Positions 1 through 20,042 of a stretch of 64,000 nucleotides of DNA are shown one piece after another. A model generated the notes under the pieces. The model ran no database searches and was not told the origin of the DNA. It worked only from the letters and a program-made list of their open reading frames with translations. The stretch comes from the human T2T-CHM13v2.0 reference genome, Homo sapiens, in NCBI RefSeq assembly GCF_009914755.1, contig NC_060946.1. One strand, written 5' to 3'. How positions within the stretch are numbered: position 1 is the stretch's first letter; each line of letters opens with the position of its first letter. The position numbers and the translations under genes were made by a program.

Positions 1-3000
1 CTGCACTAATCATCCAAGTGATGTAACACTTTTCTAGGATCTGCCTAAATTAACTTTGTGACATAACCCTGTACTGATCATCCAGGTGATGGGGCTTTTG
101 TCTAGGCTCTGTCTAAGGGGGCATTGTGACATATTTCTGCATTGATCACCCACGTGGCGAACTCTTCTCTTGGATCTGCCTATGGGGGCATTGTGACAAA
201 TCTCTGCACTGATCACCCAGGTGATGTAACTGTTGTGTAACCTCTGCCTACAGGGAAATTGTGAGAGATCTCTCCACTGATCACCCAAGTGATGTAACCT
301 TTGTCTAGGCTTGGCGTACAGGGGGATTTGTGACATACCTTTGCACTGATCACCCAGGTGATGTAACACATCTAAGTTCGGCCTAAAGGAGCTTTGTGAC
401 ATATCTCTGCACTGATCACTTAGGTGATGTAACACTTTTATAAGCACTGCCTACAGGGAATTTTGACAAATCTCTGCACTGATCACCTAAGTGATGTAAC
501 GCTCGTCTACCCTCTGTCCAACGGGGCATTGTGAAATATCTCTGCACTGATCACCCAGGTGATTCAACTCTTGACTAGGATCTGCCTACAGAGGTTATTG
601 TGAAATATCTCTGCACTGATAAACTAGGTGGTGTAACCCTTATCCAAGCTCTGCCTACAGGGGCGTTTTCACATATCCCTGAAGTGATGACAAAGGTGAT
701 GTAACTCTTGCCTAGGCTTTGCCTACAGGGGACATTGGACATATGTCTGCACTGATCACCCAGGTGATGCAACTCTTGCCTAGGCTTTGCCTACAGGGGA
801 CATTGTGACATATCTCTGCACTGATCTCCCAGGTGCTGTAACTTTAGTCTAGACTCTGGCTGCACGGCATTGTGACATATCACTGCACTGATCAACCAGG
901 TGATATAACTCTTGTCTAGGCTCTGCCTACAGGGGGCTTGTGACATATCTCTGCACTGATCACCCAGGTGATATAACTCTTCTCTAGGATCTGCCTACAG
1001 GGTGCTTTGTGACATATCCCTGCAATGATCACCCAGGTGATCTAACTCTGGTTTAAGCTCTGCCTAAAGGGGCATTGTGACAGATCTCTGCACTGATCAC
1101 TCAGGTGATGTAACTATTGTCTAGGCTCTGCTTAAAGGGGCCTTGTCACATATCTCTGCAATGATCACCCAGGTGATGTAACTCTTGTCTAGCCTCTGCT
1201 TTCACGGCATATTGTGACATATCTATGCACTGATCACCTTAGTGATGTAACACTTGTGTAGGCTCGGCCTACGGGGGAACATTGACATATCTCTGCACTG
1301 TTAACCGAGGTGATTTAACTCTTGTCTAGGCTGTGCCCACAGGGGGATTGAGACATATCTCTGCACTGATCCCGAGGTGATCCAACTTTTGCCTGGTCTC
1401 TGCCTACAGGGGACATTGTGACATATCTCTGCATTGATCTCCCAGGTGCTGTAACTTTAGTCTAGGCTCTGACTACACGTCATTGTGACATATCACTGCA
1501 CTGATCACCCAGGTGATATAAATCTTGTCTAGGCTCTGCCTACAATGGCCTTGTGACATATCTCTGCACTGATCACCCAGGTGATATAACTCTTCTCTAG
1601 GATCTGACCACAGGGTGCTTTGTGACATTTCCCTGCAATGATCACCCAGGTGATATACCACTTGCCAAGGCTCTGCCTACAGGGGCATTGCAATGTATCT
1701 CTGCACTGATCACCTAGGTCTTGTAACTCTTTTCTAGGATCTGCCCACTGGGTGCTTTTTGACGTATCCCAGCAAGGATTACCCAGGTGATGTACCTCTC
1801 ATCAAGGCTCTGCCTACAGGCACATTGCGATGTATCTCTGCACTGATCACCTGGGTCATGTAACTTTTGTCTAGGCTCTGCCTACGATGGCATTGTGACA
1901 TATCTCTGCACTAATCATCCAAGTGATGTAACCAATGTCTAGTATCTGCCTAAATTAACTTTGTGACATAACCCTGTACTGATCATCCAGGTGATGGGGC
2001 TTTTGTCTAGGCTCTGCCTAAGGGTGCATTGTGACATATTTCTGCATTGATCACCCAGGTGGCGAACTCTTCTCTTGGATCTGCCTATGGGGGCATTGTG
2101 AGAAATCTCTGCACTGATCACCCAGGTGATGTAACTGTTGTGTAACCTCTGCCTACAGGGGAATTGTGAGAGATCTCGCCACTGATCACCCAAGTGATGT
2201 TACCATTGTCTAGGCTTTGCGTACAGGGGGCTTTGTGACATACCTTTGCACTGATCACCCAGTTGATGTAACACATGTAAGTTCGGCCTAAAGGAGCTTT
2301 GTGACATATCTCTGCACTGATCACTTAGGTGATGTAACACTTTTATAAGCACTGCCTACAGGGAATTTTGACAAATCTCTGCACTGATCACCTAGGTGAT
2401 GTAACGCTTGTCTACCCTCTGTCCAACGGGGCATTGTGAAATATCTCTGCACTGATCACCCAGGTGATTCAACTCTTGACTAGTATCTGCCTACAGAGGT
2501 TATTGTGAAATATCTCTGCATTGATAAACTAGGTGTTGTAACCCTTGTCCAAGCTCTGCCTATAGGGACGTTTTCACATATCCCTGAACTGATGACAAAG
2601 GTGATGTAACTATTGCCTAGGCTTTGCCTACAGGGGATATTGGACATATATCTGCACTGATCACTCAGGTGATGCAACTCTTGCCTAGGCTTTGCCTACA
2701 GGGGACATTGTGACATATCTCTCCACTGATCTCCCATGTGCTGTAACTTTAGTCTAGGCTCTGGCTACATGGCATTGTGACATATCACTGCACTGATCAA
2801 CCAGGTGATATAACACTTCTATAGGCTCTGCCTACATGGGGCTTGTGACATACCTCTGCACTGATCACACAGGTGATATAACTCCTCTCTAGGATCTACC
2901 TACTGGGTGCTTGGTGACATATCCCTGCACTGATCACCCAGGTGATCTAACTCTCGTCTGAGCTCTGCCTAAAGGGCATTGTGACAGATCTCTGCACTGA

Positions 3001-6000
3001 TCACCCAGGTGATGTAACTCTTGTCTAGGCTCTCCTTGCAGGGCATATTGTGACATATCTGTGCACTGATCACCTTAGTGATGTAACACTTCTGTAGGCT
3101 CGGCCTACAGGGAAATCTTGACATATCTCTGCACTGTTAACCGAGGTGATTTAACTCTTGCCTAGGCTGTGCCCACAGGGGGATTGAGACATATCTCCGC
3201 ACTGATCCCAAGGTGATCCAACTCTTGCCTGGTCTCTGCCTACTGGGGACATTGTGACATATCTCTGCACTGATCAACCAGGTGATATAACTCTTGTCTA
3301 GGCTCTGCCTACAATGGTCGTGTGACATATCTCTGCACTGATCACCCAGGTGATATAACTCTTCTCTAGCATCTGACCACAGGGTGCTTTGTGACATATC
3401 CCTGCAATGATCACCCAGGTGATATACCACTTGCCAAGGTTCTGCCTACTGGGGCATTGCACTGTATCTCTGCACTAATCACCTTGGTCTTGTATATCTT
3501 TTCTAGAATCTGCCCACAGGGTGCTTTGTGACGTATTCCAGCAAGGATTACCCAGGTGATGTACCTCTCATCAAGGCTCTGTCTACAGGCACATTGCGAT
3601 GTATCTCTGCACTGATCACCTAGGTCATGTAACTTTTGTCTAGGCTCTCTACGATGGCATTGCGACATATCACTGCACTGATCATCCAAGTGATGTAACC
3701 CTTGTCTAGGATCTGCCTAAATTAACTTTGTGACATAACCCTGTACTGATCATCCAGGTGATGGGCCTTTTGTCTAGGCTCTGCCTAAGGGGGCATTGTG
3801 ACATATTTCTGCATTGATCACCCAGGTGGCAAACTCTTCTCTTGGATCTGCCTATGGGGGCATTGTGACAAATCTCTGCACTGATCACCCAGGTGATGTA
3901 ACTGTTGTGTAACCTCTGCCTACAGGGGAATTGTGAGAGATCTCGCCACTGATCACCCAAGTGATGTAACCATTGTCTAGGCTTTGCGTACAGGGGGCTT
4001 TGTGACATACCTTTGCACTGATCACACTGGTGATGTAACACATCTAAGTTCGGCCTAAAGGAGCTTTGTGACATATCTCTGCACTGATCACTTAGGTGAT
4101 GTAACACTTTTATAAGCACGGCCTACAGGGAATTTTGACAAATCTCTTCACTGATCACCTAGGTGATGTAACTCTTGTCTACCCTCTGTCCAACGGGGCA
4201 TTGTGAAATATCTCTGCAATGATCAACCAGGTGATTCAACCCTTGACTAGGATCTGCCTATGGAGGTTATTGTGAAATATCTCTGCACTGATAAACTAGG
4301 TGGTGTAACCCTTGTCCAAGCTCTGCCTACAGGGGCGTTTTCACATATCCCTGAAGTGATGACAAAGGTGATGTAACTCTTGCCTAGGCTTTGCCTACAG
4401 GGGATATTGGACATATATCTGCAGTGATCACCCAGGTGATGCAACTGTTGCCTGGGCTTTGCCTGCAGGGCACATTGTGACATATCTCTTCAATGATTAC
4501 CCATGTGATGCAACTCTTGCCTAGGCTTTGCCTACAGGGGACATTGTGACATATCTCTGCACTGATCTCCCAAGTGCTGTAACTTTAGTCTAGGCTCTGG
4601 CTACACGGCATTGTGATATATCACTGCACTGATCAACCTGGTGATATTACTCTTGTCTAGGCTCTGCCTACAGGGGGCTTGTGACATATCTCTGCACTGA
4701 TCACCCAGGTGATATAACTCTTCTCTAGGATCTGCCTACAGGGTGCTTTGTGACATATCCCTGCAATGATCACCCAGGTGATCTAAATATGGTCTAAGCT
4801 CTGCCTAAAGTGGCATTGTGACAGGTCTCTGCACTGATCACTCAGGTGATGTAACTATTGTCTAGGCTCTGCTTAAAGGGGCCTTGTCACATATCTCTGC
4901 ACTGATCATCTAGGTGATGTAACTCTTGTCTAGGCTCTGCTCCCAGGGCATATTGTGACATATCTATTCACTGATCACCTTAGTGATGTAACACTTGTGT
5001 AGGCTCGGCCTACAGGGGAATCTTGACATATCTCTGCACTGTTAACCGAGGTGTTTTAACTCTTGTCTAGGCTGTGCCCACAGGGGGATTGAGGCAAATC
5101 TCTGCACTGATCCCGAGGTGATCCAACTCTTGCCTGGTCTCTGCCTACTGGGGACATTGTGACATATCTCTGCACTGATCTCCCAAGTGCTGTAACTTTA
5201 GTCTAGGCTCTGGCTACACGGCATTGTGACATATCACTGCACTGATCAACCAGGTGCTATTACTCTTGTCTAGTCTCTGCCTACAGGGGGCTTGTGACAT
5301 ACCTCTGCACTGATCACCTAGGTGATATAACTCTTCTCTAGGATCTGCCTACAGGGTGCTTTGTGACATATCCCTGCACTGTTCACCCAGGTGATCTAAC
5401 TCTGGTCTAAGCTCTGCCTAAAGGGGCATTGTGACAGATCTCTACACTGATCACTTAGGTGATGAAACTATTGTCTAGGCTCTGTTTAATGGGCCTTGTC
5501 AGATATCTCTGCAGTGATCACCCAGGTGATGTAACTCTTGTCTAGGCTCTGCTTCCCCCAGGGCATATTGTGACATATCTATGCACTGATCACCTTAGTG
5601 ATATAAGACTTGTGTAGGCTTGGCCTACAGGGGAATCTTGACATATCTCTGCACTGTTACCCGAGGTGATTTAACTCTTTTATAGGCTGTGCCCACAGAG
5701 GGATTGAGACAGATCTCTGCACTGATCCCGAGGTGATCCAACTCTTGCCTGGTCTCTGCCTTCTGAGGACATTGTGACATATCTCTGCACTGATGTCCCA
5801 GGTGCTGTAACTTTAGTCTAGGCTCTGGCTACACGGCATTGTGATATATCACTGCACTGATCACCCAGGCGATATAACTCTTGTCTAGGCTCTGCCTACA
5901 ATGGTCTTGTGACACATCTCTGCACTGATCACCCAGGTGATATAACTCTTCTCTAAGATGTGACCACAGGGTGCTTTGTGACATATCCCTGCACTGATCA

Positions 6001-9000
6001 CCCAGGTGATCTAACTCTGGTCTAAGCTCTGCCTAAAGGGGCATTGTGACAGATCTCTGCACTGATCACTCAGGTGATGTAACTGTTGTCTAGACTCTGC
6101 TTAAAGGGGCCTTGTCACATATCTCTGCACTGATCACCCAGGTGATGTAACTCTTGTCTAGGCTCTGCTCCCAGGGAATATTGTGACATATCTATGCACT
6201 GACCACCTTAGTGATGTAACACTTGTGTAGGCTCGGCCTATAGGGGAATCTTGAAATATCTCTGCACTGTTAACCGAGGTGATTTAACTCTTGTCTAGGC
6301 TGTGCCCACAGGGGGATTGAGACATATCTCTGCACTGATCCCGAGGTGATCCAACTCTTGCCTGGTCTCTGCCTACTGGGGACATTGTGACATATCTCTG
6401 CACTGATCTCCCAGTTGCTGTAACTTTAGTCTAGGCTCTGGCTACGCGGCATTGTGACATATCACTGCACTGATCACCCAGGTGATATAACTCTTGTCTA
6501 GGCTCTGCCTACAATGGTCTTGTGACATAACTCTGCACTGATCACCCAGGTTATATAACTCTTCTCTAGGATCTGACCACAGGGGGCTTTGTGACATATC
6601 CCTGCAATGATCACCCTGGTGATATATCACTTGCCAAGGCTCTGCCTACAGGGGCATTGCAATGTATCTCTGCACTGATCACCTAGGTCTTGTAACTCTT
6701 TTCTAGGATCTGCCTTCAGGGTGCTTTGTGACGTATCCCAGCAAGGATTACCCAGGTAATGTACCTCTCATCAAGGCTCTGCCTACAGGCACATTGCGAT
6801 GTTTCTCTGCACTGATCACCTATGTCGTGTAACATTTGTCTGGGCTCTGCCTACGATGGCATTGTGACATATCTTTGCACTAATCATCCAAGTGATGTAA
6901 CTCCTGTCTAGGATCTGCCTAAATTAACTTTGTGACATAACCCTGTACTGATCATCCAGGTGATGGGGCTTTTGTCTAGGCTCTGCCTAAGGGGGCATTG
7001 TGACATATTTCTGCATTGATCACCCAGGTGGCGAACTCTTCTCTCGGATCTGCCTATGGGGCCATTGTGAGAAATCTCTGCACTGATCACCCAGGTGATG
7101 TAACTGTTGTGTAACCTCTGCCTACAGGGGAATTGTGAGAGATCTCGCCACTGATCACCCAAGTGATGTAACCATTGTCTAGGCTTTGCGTACAGGGGGC
7201 TTTGTGACATACCTTTGCACTGATCACCCAGTTGATGTAACACATCTAAGTTCGGCCTAAAGGAGCTTTGTGACAAACCTCTGCACAGATCACTTAGGTG
7301 ATGTAATACTTTTATAAGCACTGCCTACAGGGAATTTTGGCAAATCTCTGCACTGATCATCTAGGTGATGTAACTCTTTTCTAGGATATGCCTACAGAGG
7401 GCGTTGTGACATCACTCTGCACGGTTCACCCGGGTTATGTAACCCTGATCTAGGCTCTGCCTATGGGACATTGTGACTTATCTCTGCACTGATCACCCCG
7501 GAGATGTGACTCTTTTCTAAGCTCTTCCTAGAGGGACATTGGGACATATCTCTGCACTGATTGCTGAGGTGCTGTAAAACTTGTCTACGCTTTGCCTACA
7601 GTGGGATTTATGACATATCTCTGCACTGATCACCCAGGTGATGTAACTAGTGTCTAGGCTCTGCTTACAGGGAGTATTGTGAGATACCTCTGCACTGACC
7701 ACACAGGTGATGTAGCTCTTGTCTCGTCTCTGCCTACAGGGGCATTTTCACATATCACTGCACTAATCACCGAGATGATGTAACTCTTTCATAGGCTTCG
7801 CCAACAGGGGGCATTGAGACATACCTCTGCACTGATCACCGAGGTGATGCAACTCTTGTCTGGGATCTGCTTACAGGGGGCATTGTGACATATCTCTGCC
7901 CGGATCACCCAGGTGATGTAACTCTTGTCTAGGCAATGCCTACTGGAGTCAATGTGACATATCTCCGCACTGATCACCCAGGTGATGTCACTTTTGTCAA
8001 GGATATGGCTACAGGGACATTGTGACATGTCACTGCACTGATCACACAGCTGATGTAACTCTTGTCTAGGCTCTGGCTACAGGTGGCTTGTGACACATAT
8101 CTGCATTGATCACCCAGGTGATGTAACCCTTTTCTAGGCTCTGCCAAAAGCGGACATTGTGACATAAATCTGCAATGATCACCCAGGTGTTGGGACTCTT
8201 GTCTATGCTCTACCTATAGGGGCATTGTGACATATCTCTGCCGTGATCACGCAGGTGATGTAACTCTTCTCTATATCTGCCTACTGGCGGCATGGTGGCA
8301 TAATTCTGCACTGATCAACCAGCTGATGGATCCTTGTCTTGGATCTGCGTCTGGGGGCATAGTGACATATCTCTGCACTGATCACTCATGTGATGTAACA
8401 CTTGTCTAAGCTGCGACAAAAGGGGAATTGTGACAGATGTCTCCAGTGATCACCGAGGTGATGTAACAATTTTCTAGGATTTGTCTACAGGGGGCTTTGT
8501 GCTATATCTTTGCACTGATCACCCAGGAGACGTAACTCTTGTCTAGGCCTGGCCTACAGGGGCTTTGTGACATATTTCTGCACTGATCACCAAGGTGATG
8601 TAACACTTGTTTAGGCTCTGCCTGCATGGGCTTTGTGTCCTATATCTGTACTGATCACCCATGTGTTGTAACTCTTGTCTAGGCTCCACCTACAGGGGCT
8701 GTTGTGACGTATCTCTGCACTGATCACCCAGGTGATGTAACTCTTGTCTAGGCTCCACCTACAGTGGGTATTGTGACGTAACTCTACAGAGATCACCCAG
8801 GTTATGTAACTCTTGTCCACTCTCTGCCTACAGGGTCATTGTGAACTGTCTCTGCACTGTTCACCCAGGTGATGGGACTCTTCTCTATACTCTGCCTGGA
8901 GGGGGATTTGTGACATATCTCTGCACTGATCACTCAGGTGATGGAAGTCTTGTCTAGGCTCTGTCTATGCGCGCATTGTGTCAAACATCTGCACTGATCA

Positions 9001-10131
9001 CCCAGGTGATGTAACTCTTGTCTAGGCTCTGTCTACAGGGATTTTTGTCACATATGACTGCACTGATCACCGAGCTGATGTAAGCCTTGTATGGGCTTTG
9101 CATATAGAAGGCTTTATGACATACCTATGCACTGATCTCTGAGGTGATGCAACTCTTGTCTAGGCACTGCCTACAGGGGACATTGGTACATATCTCTGCA
9201 CTGATCACCCAGGTGATGGACTCTTGTCTTAGACCTGCCTACGTGGACATTGTGACACATCTCTGAACTGATCAACCAAGTGATGAAACTCTTGTCTAGG
9301 CTCTGCCTACATGGGCTTTGCGACACATCTCTGCACTGTTCACCCTGGGGAGGGAACTCTTGTCTACGCTCTGCCTACAGGAGGCTTTATGACTTATACC
9401 TGCACTGATAACCTAGTTGATGTAACACTTGTCTAGGCTCTGCCTACATGGGAATTCTCACAAATCTCTGCACTGATCACCCAGGTGATGTAACTCCTCT
9501 CTAGGTTCAGCCTACAGGAGTGTTTTGACATACCTCTGCACTGATCACCCAGGTGATGTAACCCTTGTCTAAGCTCTGCCTACAGGGGCATTGTGACAGA
9601 TCTCTCCACTGCTCACCCAGGTGATGTAACAATTGTCTGGGCTTTGCCTACAGTGGGCTTTGTGATATACATTTCCACTGATCAAACAGGTGATGTAACC
9701 CTTGTCAAGGTTCTGCTTACAGGGGCTTTGTGACATATCTCTGCACTGATCACCCCAGGGAGGAAACAGTTGTCTACACTCTGCCTCCTGGAGGCTTTAT
9801 GACTTATCCCTGCACTTATCACTAGGTGATGTAACACTTGTCTAGGCTCTGTCTACACAGCAATTTTCACATATCTCTACAATGATCACCTAAGTGATGT
9901 AACCCTTGTCTAGGTTCAGCCTACTGGGGATTTCTGACATACCTAAGCACTGATCACCTAGGTGACATAAATCATTTCCAGGCTTTTTTTACAGGGAACA
10001 TTTTGAAATATCTCTGCACTGATCACCCAAATGATGCAAATCTTCTCTAGGCTCCTCAGGGAGTGGCATTGTGACATATTTATGAACCAATCATCCAGGA
10101 GGTGTAACTATTCTGCAGGCTGTGTCTAAAG
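1..10131 (-). repeat. Beta satellite (68-bp Sau3A/BSR) array with higher-order structure
   Basis: Continuous ~68-bp monomers, the reverse complement of GATCAGTGCAGAGATATGTCACAATGCCCCTGTAGGCAGAGCCTAGACAAGAGTTACATCACCTGGGT, with GATC in most monomers. Runs off the left edge. Confidence 0.97.
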
Positions 10132-10243
10132 AGCGTCGGAAGGTGTTGGGAGAGCCTCAGCCGGAATTTCACGGATGGAGAAGGGCACAGAGAGGCCATC
10201 GATCTCCCTTGCACGTCAGCTGCGGTGTGCAATGTGTGCAGGT
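10070..10243 (-). other. pLAM / DUX4 exon 3-like segment, copy 1 (PAS-equivalent hexamer GTCACA)
   Basis: Minus strand reads CCTGGCTAG|ACCTGC...GTGAAATTCCGGCTGAGGCTCTCCCAACACCTTCCGACGC, then a satellite monomer. Matches the recalled 4qA pLAM organisation. No ATTAAA or AATAAA at 10070-10075. Confidence 0.8.
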
Positions 10244-10834
10244 CTAGCCAGGAGGCCGGCAAAGAGAGCTAGAGGTCTGCGTTCCCCCACCAGGCGCTCC
10301 ATGGTGGCAGCTGGGAGGCTGCAGGTGGACAGGCGGGCCGGTGACTCTGGCGCAGAGGCGCAGAGGAGGTGAACCGCTGGAAGTTTGTCTGGCCTGGACA
10401 CCACGCGGGGTCGGTGTTTCATGGGAAGGGAGTCTCCACCCAGACCCGGAGAGGACGCATTTTCTGGGGGTGGGGTGTGGGTGTGGGGTGGGGGTGTTCA
10501 GGCTGGGGTGAGGTAGTGGAAAGTCATGATAGCTCTGCCCGGGCTCCTCCCACAGCCCAGGCAGCTGCCCGCAAACCCGCGCGTATGCAGTAGGCGGCCC
10601 ACCTGCTGGTACCTGGGTCGGCTATGGGATCCCCAGGATGCCCAGGAAAGAATGGCAATTCTCCGCTGTGTGGAGTCTCTCACCGGGCCTAGATCTGGAA
10701 GGCAGGAATCCCATGCCGGTCAGCCCGGTGGAGGAGGTGTGGGGAAGACATGCCCCTCCACAGCCAGCCAGGTTTTCCCCGCGAAATAGAGGCCACCGCC
10801 CTGCCCCGACCCGACACCGTCCAAACCTCACGTC

Positions 10835-12269
<1,435 letters not shown>

Positions 12270-12876
12270 CCCTGGACAGCCCGCCCCACCCCGGAAGGGT
12301 CCCAGGGCGTCGAGGCCTGCGGCTGGGTGTTGGTGGGTTGGGGGGGGACGGCTTGGTGATGCTCGTGGTGGGGCCGGAGAGACGAAGAGTAAGGGGGCGA
12401 GTGGGAATTGGTTAGGGGGGCGCGTTTTGGTGGCTGGCTCTCCGGACCTCTCCAGGAATCCCGCGGGAACTGGAAGCCGCTCTCTGTGCTCCCATCCATC
12501 TTCAGCAGGGAGAAACCGGCCTGGGAGGATGCAGGGGAGTGTGGAACTGAACCTCCGTGGGAGTCTTGAGAGTTCCAGGACCTCTCTCCGTGAAGGAGGC
12601 AGTGCCTGTGCGTGTCGCCGCTGCCGCGACAGTCTCACACGCGTAGGAGTGTGGCTCTCGTTCATTTCCACGTAGGAGACCAGAGCGAGACCCCAGAGAG
12701 AAGATGCCTCCCCAGCGTGATGGTCTGATGATGGATTCCCGTGTGTGGCAACATGGGGAGTCTGCAGTGTGGCTGGTTTGGAAACTGGCAAGGAGAGCGA
12801 AGGCACCATGCGTGTCTTCAACCCCTCCCTGCATGTTTCCGGGTGCTGCAGAGCTCTGGGAGCAAACAGTCAGCAT

Positions 12877-17278
<4,402 letters not shown>

Positions 17279-17977
17279 AGCGTCGGTAGGTGTTGGGAGA
17301 GCCTCAGCTGGAATTACACGGATGGACAAGCACACAGAGAGGCCAGCGGGCTCCCTTGCACGTCAGCTGGTGTGCGCAATGAGCGCAGGTCTAGCCAGGA
17401 GGCCGGCAAAGAGAGGTAGAGGTCTGCATTCCGCCGCCAGGCACTCCATGGTGGCAGCTGGGAGGCTGCAGTGGCACGGGTGGGCCCGTGACGGTTTCGC
17501 GGAGGCACAGAGGAGGCGAGCCGCCAGAGGGGTGTCAGGCCTGGACGCTGCTGGGGCCCAGTGTTTCGCAGCACGGGGGTCTCCACACAGCCCAGAGGAG
17601 GACGCATTTTCCGGGGGTGGGGTTGGGGGTGGGGGGGTGTTCAGGCGTGGGTGGGGCTGTGGAAAGGCATGAGAGCTCTGCCTGGGCTGCTCCCACAGCC
17701 CAGGCGGCTGCCCACATACCCACGCATGCACAGTAGGCGGCCCACCTGCTGGTAACTGGGACGGCTCTGGGATCCCCGGGATGCCCAGGAAAGAATTGCT
17801 GTTCCCCGCTGTGTGAAGCCTCTCACCGAGCCTAGACTTAGAAGGGAGGAATCCCAGGCCGGTCAGCCCAGTGGAGGGGGCGGGGGTAAGACACACCCCT
17901 CCATAGCCAGCCAGGTGTTCCTCGCGAAAGAGAGGCCACCGCCCTGCCCCAACCCAAAACCGTCCCAACCCCACGTC

Positions 17978-19371
<1,394 letters not shown>

Positions 19372-19381
19372 CTAGCGTCTC

Positions 19382-19433
19382 TTATAAAGGCCCGCAGGCA
19401 GGCAGGCTCCACCCCTTCATGAATGGCGGTGAG
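19382..19433 (-). promoter_or_regulatory. DUX promoter: TATAA box and DBE/GC-box element
   Basis: Minus strand GGGCCTTTATAAGAG (TATAA at 19382-19386) and CTCACCGCCATTCATGAAGGGGTGGAG at 19407-19433. Confidence 0.72.
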
Positions 19434-20042
19434 AACTGGGACAGCCCGTCCCACTGCGGAAGGGTCCTAGGGTTTCGAGGCCTGCTGCCGGGGGGTGGTG
19501 GGGTTGGGGGGGAGGGCATGGTGATCGTGGTGGTGGGGCCGGAGAGACGAAGAAGAAGGGGGCGAGGGGGAAGGGGTGAGGGGGGCGCGTTTTAGGGGCT
19601 GGCTGTCCAGACCTCTCCAGGAATCCCGCGGGAACTGGAAGCCACTCTCTGGGCTCCCACGCGGCTTCAGCAGGGAGAAATCGGCCTGGCAGGTTGGAGG
19701 AGAATGTGGAACTGAACCTCCGTGGGAGTCTGGAGTGTTCCAGGCCCTCTCTCCGTGAAGAAGGCAGTGCCTGTGGGTGTCGCCATTGCTTGGACAGTCT
19801 CACACACGCAGGCGTGTGGCTCTCTTTCATTTCCACGTAGAAGACCAGAGCGAGATGCCAGAGAGAAGATGCCCCCCCGGCGTGATGGCCTGATGATGGA
19901 TTCCCGTGTGCTGCAACATGGGGAGTCTGCAGTGTGTCCGGTTTGGAAACTGGCAAGGAGAGTGAAGGCACCATGCCGGTCTTCCACACTTCCCTACATG
20001 TTTCTGGGTGCCCGCAGAGCTCCGGGAGCGAACAGTGAGCAT

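Noticed and set aside
1-10131. CRISPR-like look of a palindromic core recurring about every 68 bp
   Set aside because: The intervening sequences are homologous to each other rather than unique spacers. There are no cas genes and the context is primate satellite.
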